Shown in pieces: positions 13,728-31,602 of a stretch of DNA of 64,000 nucleotides. The stretch comes from Octopus vulgaris (taxonomy: Eukaryota). The stretch's first letter is position 1. The number at the start of each line of letters is the position of its first letter. Under the pieces are notes generated by a model. That model saw nothing but the letters and a program-made list of their open reading frames with translations. It was not told the origin of the DNA and ran no database searches. The DNA lies in the NCBI GenBank assembly GCA_951406725.2, contig OX597822.1:27528001-27592000 (forward strand). The letters run 5' to 3'. Made by a program: the position numbers and the translations under genes.

Positions 13728-13830
13728 CGTATGTGTGTGTATATGTATATGTATATAAATATGTATATATATATACATATACATATATACACACACACTC
13801 ATGCTTATATATATATATGCAAAATATATA

Positions 13831-14041
13831 TTTCAAAATGTGACCTCGAGTGTACCGTTGGCGATTTTTTTCCTCTGTCTTCCCTTCTCTGGATCTTTCC
13901 TTATCCTATGCTCCGACGAAGAGCTCCGCTCGAAACGTTAAACCCTCCTTCTTTCCTTCTTTCCTGAGCGTCCAATAATACTATATTTGTTCCACGTCCT
14001 AGCGTTGCTGTGTTTTTTTGTGTTTTCTTGTTTGGATTAAC
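13831..14041 (+). mobile_element. Penelope-like tail with degenerate hammerhead (13908-13943), ending at (TA)n
   Basis: CCGACGA-a-gagc(tcc)gctc-GAA-ACGT-T-aaac; downstream ttcctgagcg is shared with family C. Confidence 0.55.
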
Positions 14042-14064
14042 TATATATATATATGCATACATAC

Positions 14065-14119
<55 letters not shown>

Positions 14120-14120
<1 letters not shown>

Positions 14121-14330
14121 ACATTTGTGCATCTGTGTTTATTCCCCCACCATCACTTGACAACCGAATTTGGTGTGTTTACGTCCCCGTAACATCGGTG
14201 GTTCGGCGGAAGAGTCCGATAGAATGAAAAATAAGCTTACAAAGAATAAGCCCTAGGGTAGATTTGTTCGACTAAAGTTGGTGCTCCAGCATGGCCGCAG
14301 TCAAATGACTGAAGCAAATAAAAGAATAAA
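14120..14330 (+). mobile_element. SINE family A, 3' half
   Basis: Homology to full copies. Confidence 0.85.
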
Positions 14331-14478
14331 ATAATATCCGAACTTCTTTCTTGACAACAATGTAAATTTCATTTGATTAAGGTATCTCTGGCGCGACGAG
14401 TAGCTAGCGGATTATCCTTCGTTTGGGTAATTACTACTTCCGAGGTTCTGTTAGCTATGAAACATATGCAGCCAGAAT

Positions 14479-14889
14479 AGGAGTAGGAGTGGGTGTGTGG
14501 TAAGTAGCTTGCTTACCAGCCACATGGTTCCGGGTTCAGTCCCACTGCATGGCACCTTGGGCAAGTGTCTTTTACTATAGCCTCAGGCCGACCGAAGTGG
14601 TGGAATTGGTAGATGGAAACTGAAGGAAGCCTGTCGTATATATGTAAATATATATATATATATGTATGTGTGTGTATATGCTTGTGTGTCTGTGTTTGTC
14701 CCTCCAACATCGCTTCACAACCGAGGCGGGTGTGTTAACGTCCCCGTAAGTTAGCAGTTCGGCAAAAGATATCGATAGAATAAGTACTAGGCTTACAAAG
14801 AATAAGTCCTGGGGTAGATTTGCTCGACTAAAGACGGTGCTTCAGCATGGCCACAGTCAAATGACTGAAACAAGTAAAAGAGTAAAAGA
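14479..14889 (+). mobile_element. SINE family A, full length
   Basis: Head gtgtgtggtaagtagcttgcttacc...gggttcagtccc; tail ctgaaacaagtaaaagagtaaaaga. Confidence 0.9.
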
Positions 14890-15461
14890 TAGTTTAATCT
14901 ACTCTAATCCCTAATTCTGAATTTTTATTCGCATACACAGCAACCCCAGTTGCTAACTGTAATCTATAAAATAACTCTGTTCAGCTTATCGAACTTCGAT
15001 ATAGGCAAAGGTTACAACCTTCTACGTCAATAAACTGCTATTGTTTCTGAAAGTTGTTATTTTTTATTCCTTCTACGGCCTGTTCGAAGCTTATAACTTC
15101 TCACGATTTGGACTAAAGGAAGATATTATTCAGCACCAACTCGTAAGACTTATGCAATGCATTTTAGACTGACGACATCTCCCCGAATTTGATACTTTGA
15201 TTGCGATTCATGATTTGAAATCTGTGAGGTAAGCATACACTGAAAAAGTTCGTGTGGACTGCAGTTCTGAGAAAACTGAACTAAGTGGCAGTTCCCAGGA
15301 AATAAATCGATATATCAAAAACTAATGCCTTTGCAAAAACCGTGGATATAACACAAACTAATTTGATCTTGATGAAAATAGTTTAGATTAGTTAAAGGAA
15401 ACTGATATTCATGTTAGAATAACCTTCAACAGTTATCGCTGTGTATTTAATTATTTTGCAC

Positions 15462-15785
15462 CGCAACCACGTGGTTATGGGTACTGCCCCACCGTGTAGC
15501 ACCTTTGGCAATTAGTATTCTGCAATAGGGGCTGACACCGATAAAAGTCTACTGAATGAATTTGTTAGACGAAAATTGTATAGATACCTGGCGTATATTA
15601 TGTGTGTGTGTGTGTGCGTGTGTGTGTGAGTGTGTGTGTATGTATGTGTGTGGGGAGGTAAGAAAAGATTCCATACAGCTACTGTCTATCAAACTCACTC
15701 CCAGCGCTTTGCTCGACCCGAGGATGTAATAGAAAATATTTCCCTGATGTGCTGTAACTGAATCAAGCTTCTTAGACACACAGCC
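15462..15785. mobile_element. Two highly diverged SINE A 5' halves in opposite orientation around a (TG)n tract
   Basis: 15462-15600 resembles the head on +; 15660-15785 resembles the head on -. Confidence 0.5.
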
Positions 15786-15881
15786 TACAATCTGGAAGTA
15801 GAGAATCAGATGAAATCACAAATTTCCGAAAACTCTGCATTTCAATGTAATATTTATGAAATAACACGAAAGGAAGGAAGA

Positions 15882-15957
<76 letters not shown>

Positions 15958-15959
15958 AG

Positions 15960-16204
15960 ATAAATAAATGAAAGAATGAGTCGAACGACGATTTAACAAA
16001 ATTGCTTTATTCTCGACATATGTCTCGAAGACCGCATACTCCCAATTCCGAAGGAATAAAGTGTGCATTATGCCGCCTTCTCATCAGGAAAAACAAGGAA
16101 CTTACGTCAGCATCATGACGAACAAAAACTTTTAGATGACTCATATGTCGAGAATAAAGGAATTTTGTTAAATCGTCGTTCGACTCCATTCTTTCATTTA
16201 TTTA
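15960..16204 (-). mobile_element. Foldback hammerhead-containing PLE-like element next to (TA)n
   Basis: Inverted arms 15960-16022 and 16142-16204 (~62 bp); the hammerhead overlaps the left arm and spacer. Confidence 0.7.
16010..16092 (-). ncRNA. Type-I hammerhead ribozyme motif with long stem II (A14G variant)
   Basis: ttttc-CTGATGA-gaaggcggcata...tatgcggtcttc-GAG-AC(ATAT)GT-C-gagaa; GUC cleavage triplet, palindromic stem III. Confidence 0.72.
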
Positions 16205-16357
16205 TAGTAAAAAAACACACAAATTTCCACACGAAAGCACGTGATTTCTGCCCTTGGCATGTAGCTTCAACCGTGATTTCTGACGTAAATTTGCTACCCG
16301 GGTATCGGTTAACTGAATTATCCATACTAGGATAATTCATCCAACCACTTAAACATT

Positions 16358-16390
<33 letters not shown>

Positions 16391-16415
16391 TATATATACA
16401 TACACATATATATAT

Positions 16416-16445
16416 AGGCGTAGGTGTGTCTGTGGGGTAAGTATT

Positions 16446-16479
<34 letters not shown>

Positions 16480-16748
16480 AGTGTGTGTGTGTGTGTGTAT
16501 GTGAGTGTGTGTGTGCGTGTGTGTTTATACGTTTGTGTCTCTGTGTTTGTTCCCCACCTAACATCGCTTGACAACCGATGCTGGTGTGTTTACGTCCTCG
16601 TACCTTAGCGGTTCGACAAAAGAGGCCGATAGAATAAGTACTAGGCTTACAAAGAATAAGCCCTGTGGTCGATTTGCTCGACTAAAGGCGGTGCTACAAC
16701 ATGGTCACAGTCAAATGATAGAAACAAGTAAAAGAGTACAAGAGTAAG
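16416..16748 (+). mobile_element. SINE family A with internal deletion
   Basis: Short head remnant, microsatellite, intact 3' half. Confidence 0.85.
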
Positions 16749-16825
16749 AGTATATATACACATGTATATGCACATGTATATAAAAATGTATGTATATGTA
16801 TGTGTATGTATGCTGCTGCTAAATC

Positions 16826-16854
16826 TATCATTATTATTATTATTATCATTATTA

Positions 16855-16891
<37 letters not shown>

Positions 16892-16985
16892 TATTATCAT
16901 TATCATTATTATTATCATTATTATTATCATTATCATCATTATTATTATTATTATTATTGTTGTTGTTGTTGTTGTTGTTGTTGTT
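16826..16985. repeat. Compound (ATT/ATC)n-(GTT)n microsatellite
   Basis: Directly visible. Confidence 0.95.
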
Positions 16986-17584
16986 ATATATGTTCGTCAC
17001 CGAATTTTGTCGAAATATTATGTAAACATCGACGAAAGAACGGTGCTCTTTAGATGAAATCTTTTGCAATATCCTGCGCATCGAGTTCCTTCCTGATTCT
17101 CCCTTCTATCTGCCGTCGTTTTGTTACGAACGAACCAATATTCGGTTCATTAGAAATCTGTAACAAATCACAGATTGGCGTATAAAACAAATAAACTTCG
17201 CATATGTCTATAAAGTACAATGAATTAACGAGACAGATTTTATCAGAACACTGACGCACATTAAAAATAAACAGAAATGTTTAACCAAAATACACAAAAG
17301 ACGAAGGTAAATTTTCACATTAAACACATTCTGAAGATTATTAGTTGATAAATTATTCATAGATGGGAAGATTGACTTCATTAAACATACACTTAATATT
17401 AAAAATAAAAATACGAAATGGATGTATAGACATACATACTTATGTGTGTGTTTGTGTGTGTGTGTATTTCAATGTAATTATATATCCTTCCTTAAGTCTA
17501 AACGCAAAAACATAAAACTCCTTACAAAATGTATGCATACATACGTACATACACACTTACATACAACCAAGCATACACACACAC

Positions 17585-17626
<42 letters not shown>

Positions 17627-17851
17627 GCATACACACATACATAAATGCATACATACACACTTATATATGTTTTATGGATAGACGTGTGTTTATATCTACT
17701 TAAGTATAATACATATATGCCAGGGTGCGTTTGTACATATTATTCCCACAGATGTATATAATAATATGCATACAGATGCACTCATAAATTATAAATATTT
17801 GTATGCCATGTATATATATATGTCTATAAATGAATTACAGACACGTGTGTG

Positions 17852-17925
<74 letters not shown>

Positions 17926-17930
17926 TATAG

Positions 17931-17972
<42 letters not shown>

Positions 17973-18033
17973 ATCTATCTATCTATCTATCTATCTATCT
18001 GTCTCTCTCTCTCTATCTATTTATATATACATG

Positions 18034-18125
<92 letters not shown>

Positions 18126-18287
18126 TGTATAAATATATACACACATTATTTACAAATATATATGCATGTATGCTAGTATGTATATAACTATGCATAATTC
18201 TTCGTGCATTCACTTGTCTCTGCCAGATATTTCCCCTCTATCAAGATATTTTCAAGAAATATGAAAATCTCTTATATCTATAAACAA

Positions 18288-20752
<2,465 letters not shown>

Positions 20753-21360
20753 AATCTTCCACCATTATTGTGATCTGATGAAGCACAATTTAAGTTAAAG
20801 GGAACAATAAACCGACATAATTACAATGAAGAAACTGTCAATTTACCGAAGGTCAATATCTAGAGTGGAATCTCATCAAGAGGTTTAATAAGACCATTTT
20901 TCTTTGAAAGTATTGTTCTTTTTCAAACATACCTAGATATGATACGACAGTCTATTTTATCTGCGGTGACTGCCTTTTATGGATGTGATGAATGTTCCCT
21001 TCAGCAAAACGTCGCACTGGCGCACTACTGACGAGACCAGTGAGCTTACCAGAATGAGAATTTGCAAGGACATTACAAAGGAAGAAGTGAGGCATTTGGG
21101 TTCCGGCATGTTCTCCTCATTTAGAACCTGCAGACTCTTTCTAATGAGATACATGCATACAAACATGCATGAATACATACATGCATACATACATTCATGC
21201 ATGCATACATACATACATACATAAATACATACATACATACATACATGCATACATACATTCATGCATGCATGCATACATACATACATAAATACATAAATAA
21301 ATACATACATACATACATACATACATACATACATACATACATACATACATACATACATAC

Positions 21361-21763
21361 TCTTTTACTTTTTACTCTTTTACTTGTTTCAGTCATGCGA
21401 CTGTGGCCATGCCTGAGCACCGCCTTTAGTCGAGCAAAGATTTATTGCTTGTAAGCCTAGTACTTGTTCTATCGGTCTCTTAGGCCGAACAGCTAAGTTA
21501 CGGGGACGTAAACACACCAGCATCGGTTGTCAAGCGATGTTGGGGGGGGGACAAACACAGATACACAAACACACACATACACATATATAGATATACATAT
21601 ATACGACGGGCTTCTTCGAGTTTCCGTCTACCAAATCCACTCACAAGGCTTTGGTCGGCCCGAGGCTATAGTAGAAGGCACTTACCCAAGGTGCCACGCA
21701 GTAGGACTGAACGCGGAACCATGTGGCTGGTAAGCAAGTTACTTGCCAAACACTCCTGCGCCT
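21361..21763 (-). mobile_element. SINE family A, full length
   Basis: Homology to other copies. Confidence 0.9.
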
Positions 21764-22777
21764 ATATACATACATTTGAAGAAAAAGAATGAGAGGGAAA
21801 AATAAATCCGAAAGCTGTTTTAAGAAGGAGGAGCGGTTAAGTCGAACTGGTGTATGAAGATACACTGTTCCTCCATTTCTTTTGATCTCTTATTATAAGG
21901 TCGTGGTTTCGATCACTGGGCGAGGCAATACGTTGTTACTTTGTGCTTTTAAGCTAAATACTTAATTTCTTGTAACTCCAGTCCATTAAGCTGGCACGAA
22001 TGAGTAATCAAGTGACGGTTCTGTGTCCCGTGCAGGTGTGGGGAAACATATACTCCACAGAAGCTTGGGAACCAGCGTCATAAGTCTATGGCCTAGTAGG
22101 ATATTTAAATATCATTTTCATATATAGATATATTTACATATATTTACATGTGTATATACGAGTGTGTGTATGAGTATGTGCTTGACATTGTACACACGTG
22201 TGTGTGTGTGTGTTTGCCATTGTGCATGCATACTTATACATATATGTGTACGTATATATATATATGTATATGGTGGGTGGGTAGAAACATTCTTTGACCA
22301 TATCTTTACAGCTGGATAACTGGGTTTGAGTTGTCATCGTCATGCTGGAGGGTCGGAAAAAGGTGGTTTATGTCAAACTCGTTCAGGTGAAGTTCAGCTA
22401 TTTCGGAAACAAGTGGCTGTGAAATGCGGTAGAAGGAAAAGCTGATTCTTTAATGTGAGGTGACCATATTTATTTCCTTTTTCGAAGACATTACTGCCAA
22501 AGTATTTTAATTATTAGGAATCTCAATTATTAGGAACTATTCATCTACACTTATATGTGAAGGCTCGGGAAAGAATTTTTTATGGAAGTGATTGTTACAC
22601 ATGTATACAGCTACCTCCTATCTCATTTCCAAACCACCGATGTCTATCTACAGAAAACGCCATCTTGGCATAGTGTTATTGCAAATATTGCTGTCAGATT
22701 GCAAAAAGTCAGATGAAATACCAAAATAACATGTCCAACCGGCTTAGAATTTCGCCAAACTTATCGCCTTGGATTCT

Positions 22778-23108
22778 GAGACCCCCTTCGGTCACGACAC
22801 AGATCATGGGATTGTACCTAGAAAGTTACCCTCCAAGACACAAGTCCGGGAAAGGCTGTTTATGGAAAACCAGCAGTCGCCCATGCATACCAGCCTCCCC
22901 TCTCCACGCCACCAGTGTTATCCAAGGGAAAGGCAAAGGCCGATACAGCTTATCACCTGTGATGTCGCAACTCATTTCTACAGCTGAGTGAACTGGAACA
23001 ACGTGAAATAAAGTGTCTTGCTCAAGAACACAACACGCAGCCCGGTCCGGGATTCGAGCTCACAACCTCACGATCGTAAGCTCGACGCTCTAACCACTGA
23101 GCCATGCG
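22778..23108 (-). mobile_element. tRNA-derived SINE family D, full length
   Basis: A box tggctcagtggttagagc, B box gctcgaatccc; matches 47015-47353 and 43823-44162. Confidence 0.9.
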
Positions 23109-23245
23109 TCTTGGATCTTATATTATTGACTTCATAAACGTGATAGCCAAAATTGACATCAGTCGGATTTGAAACGAGAGTGCTGGAACAATTACTGTAA
23201 CATTGTAATAACCCTACTATATCACCACCAAATTCGAACTATATA

Positions 23246-23325
23246 AAATATACCTGCAATTTACTAAAATATACCAGTGATTTACTAAAATATACCAGTA
23301 ATTGACTTATGTATACCCCGATTTT
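23246..23325 (+). repeat. Minisatellite, 21-bp unit, 3-4 copies
   Basis: aaaatataccagtgatttact repeated. Confidence 0.8.
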
Positions 23326-24164
23326 GCTACACCTTTTTATCTGATCCATATCTTTAAAAATATCTTCTGCATTTGATACAAGAATCCTTATAAACCGGAG
23401 ATTGTTTACATTTGCATTAGAGCTGCCATGAATAATATTAGACTTTGTTCCACAAATAAACCTTTAGAATCACTTACGCTTGTCTTCAAAGACGTGTTGT
23501 AACAAGTTCTAGCTTCATTATTAAATTTATCAAATTACAGCGTGTGATCGCTGTAAAGTGGTGCTAGGTGTTGCTAACCAACCTAAAAGGGGCTATACAC
23601 ACACTCAAATCTCAATTGTACTATTTCACTTCGATTACTCTTCTCGCGTTTAATTTCCGGCCTTATCCCGTGCTTTCGATACGGATGGACTCCTCTATGT
23701 TGAAAATTAATCTCGTTACACTGCAAGCAGTTGCTTGATATCAAACGACAACTTTAGGGTTAAGAAAAATTTTCAGTTCATCAAAGGTTAAGAGATGCTA
23801 TTAGTTTCAGCACGCCACATAAAATACGGTAATAATCGTGATATCACAAATCCTACTTAACGGTATAAGATCTACTGTTTTGCAACTTCATATTAAGAAT
23901 GCGGATATTATTACCTTGTTAAGACAATTCAGTCTTATAAAAGTAAGATAATGACTAGAGTAGATTTAATATCCATGTTTGTTTCGGATCGTAAGTGAAT
24001 TTAAATTACTTCAAATGAAAATGTAAATCAGTTACAATTTCACTTTTAAAGGTGCTTTTTTTTCTATACAGTTCGACACTTTGTAAAAATAATAACAACA
24101 ACAACAACAGCAACAATACTAATGATGATGATGATGATAATAATAATAACTTGATGTTGGCATC

Positions 24165-24341
<177 letters not shown>

Positions 24342-24444
24342 ACTGGGTGGAGTTAGCGAGAGTAGATATAGATTTTATGTAGGTAATAATGAGGAAAGAT
24401 TATTAAGAGGTGCTAGAGTTACAGCAGGACACAGGGAAACCAGA

Positions 24445-25256
24445 AAGCTGGTACTTAATTTACAGACACCGAAAAAATGGAAGTCAAAATCGACCTTGGT
24501 GGCATTTGAATTCAGAGAGTAAAACCGGAAGAAATGCTGCTAAGCGTTTTGCTTAGTGTGCTAAAGATCCTACCGGCTCGCCGCCTAAACAGTAATTTCA
24601 AATTTTGACACAACCACTGCAGTTATTTGCAGAGGGGACAACTCGATAACATTGACTTCAGTACAAGATTGGTACTTATTTTATCGATCCCGAAAAGATA
24701 GAAGGGAGAGTATACCTCGGCAGAATTTTTAGCTCAGAAGGAATGCGGCTAAGCCCTTTATGCGATGTGGTGAAAATTCTGCCAGTTCGCGCCCTAAATG
24801 ATAACACTCCTTTCTAATTTTGGCGGAAGACCAGCAATTTGGCAGGGGAGATGGACAGTCAATTACACCGATTCCAATACTTAAGGAGCACTTATTTTAT
24901 CGACCCCGGAAAGATGAAAGGCAAACTTGACTCTTATTTAATTTGAACTCAGCATGTAATAAATCGGGAGAAATACCGGTAGGCATTTTATCCGACCCCC
25001 TAACGATTCTGCCACCTCACCGATTATATAATAATGGTTCTAAAATTTGGACAAGGTCATGAAGGTTTGAGGGGACGAGCAAGTCTATTACATCGACTTC
25101 AGTACTTGACTGGTAATTATTTTATCAACACCGAAAGTAGAAAAGAGAAAGTTGGATTCAGTGGAATTTGAACTCAGAACGTAAAGACGGACGGAATTGC
25201 ACGACGTATTATGTCCAGCGTGCTAACGGCTCTGCCAGCCCACCCGCTTCACTGCC
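24445..25256 (-). mobile_element. Four head-to-tail diverged SINE family B copies
   Basis: Recurrent ggtacttattttatcga...atttgaactcag...ctgccagctcgccgcc with ~210-235 bp period. Confidence 0.8.
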
Positions 25257-25821
25257 TTTATAATAAAGAGACGGAGTTTAGATAATTTTCTAGACAAATT
25301 AGTTATATTGCTGATAGCTTGCATTGCAATAAAAACAATAAATATATCGAGCAAATAAATAAATAAATAAATACATAAATACATAAATAATGCTACAAAT
25401 AACACTAAAATATATTTTCGCTAATTCTATATACCTTTCCATTAGTTTTATTAATTGGTTTTAGGGCAAGTCGAGTTAATGAAATTTTTCAACTTCATTG
25501 TTAGCCACCAGACAATATTTGCCAAGAACACAGCACAAGTATGTATGATACTTAGTGGCTTATGAACTCTAATGAATATTATTATCAATGTATGCATCCT
25601 AAACTAATGTCTGCAACTCTTCTGTTGGGTTTCTTATTGATCGTTATGATACATTGGCAGTACACCATTGTACAATGAATCAATACATATTCACTCATAA
25701 ATAATAGAAAAAAGTTAAGAAACTGTAATATTACACTCTTATTTGGATGCTTTTCATGGAACACATAGCACTTGCTTTCATTGTTAGTAGGTTTAATCCA
25801 AAGGTTAGGTATTAACTTTTA

Positions 25822-25890
<69 letters not shown>

Positions 25891-26385
25891 CGAAATCCAT
25901 TGTCGTAACATCGGACGCGCATTATAGACTATATACAGATTCCTTTGTAAGTTAAGCCATTTCAGTTCATTTACGTCACATATCTGCGGTATTCGATCGT
26001 GTGGTATAAAAGTAAAACGTATAAAGTCTGATAAGTTGTCTTACTATTGTTATCACAGAAAAAGATGATGTCTGATACGATGATCGACTTTCACATTAGA
26101 GTCTACGAGATATATTTATTTAATTTGATACTCACTGAATTTTGTTATTTTCCATTTCTTCTTAAAATAAAACAACTTCGTATTTTTAAAACTGAACGGC
26201 TGTGTGGATAAGAAGTTCAAGACCGAGCCATGCAGTTTTCGGCTTGAGTTCTAGAGCATGGCATCTTGGGCAAGTCTTGTTTACTACAGCACTGAACTGA
26301 CAAAAAAGGCTTGTGACTGGATTTTGTCGACTAACATTGAAAGAAGCCAATTGGATTCGTACTTGTGTTGTGTGTGTATATATAA

Positions 26386-26441
<56 letters not shown>

Positions 26442-26485
26442 TGTATATATATATATATATACTGTATATATATATATATATATAT

Positions 26486-27268
<783 letters not shown>

Positions 27269-28163
27269 TGTATATATATATATGATTTTGATTTTGATTT
27301 GATTCCAGTTTCAGCTAATGAGCTGTGGCCATGCTGGGGCACCGCCATTTATATATATATATATGTATATATGTATGTATGTATGTATGTATATATGTGT
27401 CTGTGTGTTTGTAGTTAAGTAAAATTCAGGTAAAATACTTGACCACAGTATTTCTGTGGAAATGCTCTTGCCACGAGAGATACATGAAGAATTCCATAGA
27501 GTTCAGATATATGATAGAAAATGGAATCAATGACATTCTTTACTTAAATTCACTAGAATTATTTCGACATATTTAGTACATTGGTGAGATGTTGTGTAGT
27601 CATTATCTTACGCCCAAGGTGTAAAATGCGATTCCTCAGATGATTGTTTAAGTTCTTCGTTAGATTCTCCTGCTGTTTCACTCAGTGATGTGCCATTCCG
27701 AGCAGTTTACAGGCAAAATTAAACTCATAGATATAGTGAAAGGCAAAATATCATTACAATCAAAGTACTAAAAAGAAAAAAATATAGCCAATTGATAAGC
27801 GTCAGGTTGACTTTAAATTACCATTCTATGTCAATAGTTAGATTATAAGGAGGAAAGTTCTAAAGAAACGGAAGAATAACACGAATAAAATAAAGCATTT
27901 AGAAATGATAAAGTGATTAGAAAGCAAAGGCTAATCATTAGAGCATTTATCAACCGTTTCCTTGTCTCTTTTAATGATCTACATGGCCTTCCGTCTCTCG
28001 CAACAAAACAACTGTCTCTACCCTAGACATGAACGGGCCTCTATTTAAAGTTAATTTATTATCGTCTAGTTTTTATATGCTTCTTTGTGGCAAACAAGGT
28101 GAGTAGCTATCCTTAACATCCTACAAAGAAATTCCCCTATACAAACACCCACGAAGTAGTATA

Positions 28164-28402
28164 CTTGTTTTCGTATACATTCGTTGTTTTCTTCCAAGGA
28201 ATCTAATGTTGTTAGTTTAGTTTTTCCTTGGAGCTGGCCAGATTGGAACAATCAGGAATATAGCCAGCCGAAATTGTAAAGATAATCTGGAAGTCAACTG
28301 AGGAAAGAAAACTCCGAATGACTCGTTCTTTTTTTATATTTGTATCGTCTATCTAGACGTTTTCGTTCTTGTCCCATTTTGTACTTTATATATATATGTA
28401 TA

Positions 28403-28480
<78 letters not shown>

Positions 28481-28925
28481 TATATAAAGTACAAAATGGG
28501 ACAAGAACGCAAAACGTCTAGATAGACGATACAAATATAAAAAAAGAACGAGTCATTCGGAGTTTTCTTTCCTCAGTTGACTTCCAGATTATCTTTACAA
28601 TTTCGGCTGGCTATATTCCTGATTGTTCCAATCTGGCCAGCTCCAAGGAAAAACTAAGCTAACAACATTAGATTACTTGGAAGAAAACAACGAATGTATA
28701 CGAAAACAAGGACGGAAAAAACGGAGAATGTTACACAAGTACAAATAACAGGACATAACAACAGGTGTCTTTCGACTAAGGACGAATTAAGTTAACCTGG
28801 CGCGTGTGGAAATAAAGCCTTACGGCAGGGATACAAGGTTTCACAAAGGTTGGAATATAGATTTTGCACGGACGACGGCTGAACCAAGAAAGCAAGATCA
28901 GGTTTGGCCGAACACTTTTCACGTG
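28164..28925. repeat. Near-perfect ~225-bp inverted repeat around (TA)n (arms 28164-28390 and ~28482-28710); the right copy extends to ~28925
   Basis: Arms differ by about two substitutions and one indel; same family as 38626-38936. Confidence 0.93.
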
Positions 28926-29436
28926 TATGTATGTATGTATACACACATAACACACATACATACATACACCTAGCCACCTATACATACACACATACATGCC
29001 TCTTATTAATATTCAATTTATATATATATATATATATATACTCATATATATATATATATATATACTCATATATATACGTATATCGATTTATATAAGCTAA
29101 CATATTCACCTCCTATAAAAGACTGAAATAAAGAAAGCAATAGAAAGCAAAACGAAGCGTCAACACATTTTAAAAATGTATGCATATTTCTACTTGTATA
29201 TGCACACATGTACACCTCTTACATTCATACTCTTCATAGAAGAACAAAAATAGATAATACAGTATGATACGGTTAAGTAGAATAAAAAAATATAATATAC
29301 AGACATTTGATTAAAGTAGGATATATTTCCAAATATCTTTTTATATATGGACATACATACACTTAGAGGACACATTCTTAATACAAATCTAACCCATATA
29401 TAAAGTAATGTATTTAGTTTGATATGTAATTTGACA

Positions 29437-29820
29437 TACGACAATCGGCTGAAAATTCATAGGCCGACCAAGATACTCTCGTAGAGTGTGTGAATGAATG
29501 AGGCTTATTTTTCAACATATTTCCCATTGCGATCCATACATTACTCCCATTGGTGTTACAGTGCTTGTCACACACTGGTGAAGAAGCTTTCAAAACAGTC
29601 ATCAATGGTAGGTATGATGTCATCATCACTGTGATACTGATTCCCAGCCAAGGATTTTTTGTTGTTGAGGAACAGATGATAGTCAGATGGTGCCAGTTCA
29701 GATGGTGCTTAGGGACAATGATCAACGCTACACTCATGTGTAGCTGCCATTGGAACCAAGTACTTGTGCGCTGAAATATTGTCCTGGTGACATGTAATCC
29801 CATTCGTCAGTTTTTCATCA
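29437..29820 (-). pseudogene. Mariner (DD34D) transposase C-terminal remnant with probable 3' TIR
   Basis: HQDNISAHK...SELAPSDYHLFLNNKKSLAGNQYHSDDDII...QWE*CMDRNGKYVE. Confidence 0.8.
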
Positions 29821-31412
29821 TTGTTTGGACTTATCGGCGTGACATAACACGAGACAAATTACATACGCCACGAAAGTTAATAAAATAAGAGAGTTTTAAA
29901 TCGCTTTCGTTTATTCTTTTCCGACACAATTAAGGATTTCTGGCTGTTATTTCTGTTTATGCTGTCCATCGTGATGTGTAAGAATTTATATTCTTCGAGT
30001 TTACCTCCCCGCGAATCTTGCAGTCAGTCTTTGTGAATAAACTCAGAACAGTAACAGAACATTTGAAAGACATGTTTGCCTCTGGCCGTGAATTTACATA
30101 TATATATATATACATACATGCATACGAAACACACACACAAACACATATACATATGTTTCTTTTACATGTGGATTTATAAGTGTAGAGTGGGTGTTTTGTA
30201 TGCATATGTATGCATTTGCGTTATGCTTATATACACTTCAAAGAATTTCTCCCACAAAGATGATGAGTTCTAAAGCATTTAAAATATTAGAAAATGACAA
30301 TGCAACACTTTATTAATCACCGGGAATATTTGAAGTACATTTCTATTAATATTTCCCCGGGTTGTATTCTGATAATAAAATACTTGAAAGCATCCGTATT
30401 GAATACCTAACATAAATTTTTACATTAAAGACAATGGATATTCTGTAGCTTTATACTGAAGGTGGCGATTTGAGTGAGTTGCTAGAGCATTAGTTATAAT
30501 GCATCGCGGTATTTTTTGCAACTCTGTATTCTGTGATCAAACCCACCGAAGTCAAGAAGGAATATTTCTTCCTTTCGAGGTTGATAAATAATTACCAATA
30601 CAAGATATTGGATTAACAGAACGGCAAACACCTTGGACAAAATTATTTTTTGCAGACTCAGTTCCGGTCACTTACGTTCTGGCAGCAACATCTGCAATGA
30701 CATTGGCGGGCAAGCAGTCTCCGCCCTAAAGCGGAAGCATCTCCCTTGGGTAAACAGTGGTGGTGCATATATAGGGAAATTGCTCCAAAAGATGCCCGGA
30801 CTTGCAGGCACATGCATACATAGATCAATGGTCAAAACTGACTAATGGAATCTCGTGTACACACACACATACACTCTCACGCATAAAAACACACACACAC
30901 ACGCAAACATATAAATATATGTTTATATACATGTGTGTGTGTGTCTGTGTGTGTATACACGCAAATACATATATATCCATGTAACCTCTTTGGCAAGAGT
31001 GAAGACAATCAAACAGCATTTCTTTTCAATGATTCACTTGATGATTAACTCAATAAATTCCAAACCATTTACGCTAGGAATATTTAAAAGACATAAAAAA
31101 GATATTCTTAAACCGCAATACTGTACGAACAGTGTCTATACGCTCTTGTAATCGATCAGTTAGGAAACATATAAACATCAAAGATCCTATTTTTATTCAT
31201 AATAATATTAGAGGTAATTATCTATTGATCGATATTGATGTTTATATATAGTTTACTGCTAAATACATATACTCGATTCCTTATCCTTGATACTAAGCGA
31301 ATGGTCCTGCTGTTGCCCTCTTTGTCCATTACGTTACTTGGAGATCAGTTAGTATCCAGTTGAATCTGTTCAAATTCCTATACTGTAAATTTGTACCTAC
31401 TCTTGTAGGTAT

Positions 31413-31472
<60 letters not shown>

Positions 31473-31602
31473 GCACTCACACATATATATATATATTCAT
31501 AAAAGTGGTACGACAACAAAAGAAAAAAGAGACCTCGATATTATGTAAATGTAATATGTGACAATTATTCGGTAGCCATAATAAAACTCCGAGTTTCGGA
31601 GT

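Noticed and set aside
21050-21127. Apparent minus-strand exon (cag|...|gtaagc)
   Set aside because: No polypyrimidine tract, and the opposite strand translates as part of the decayed transposase
28295-28325. CTGAGGA...CCGAAT as a hammerhead in the 28-kb repeat
   Set aside because: No GAAA, stem III or stem I pairing, and the core differs in the 38.7 kb copy
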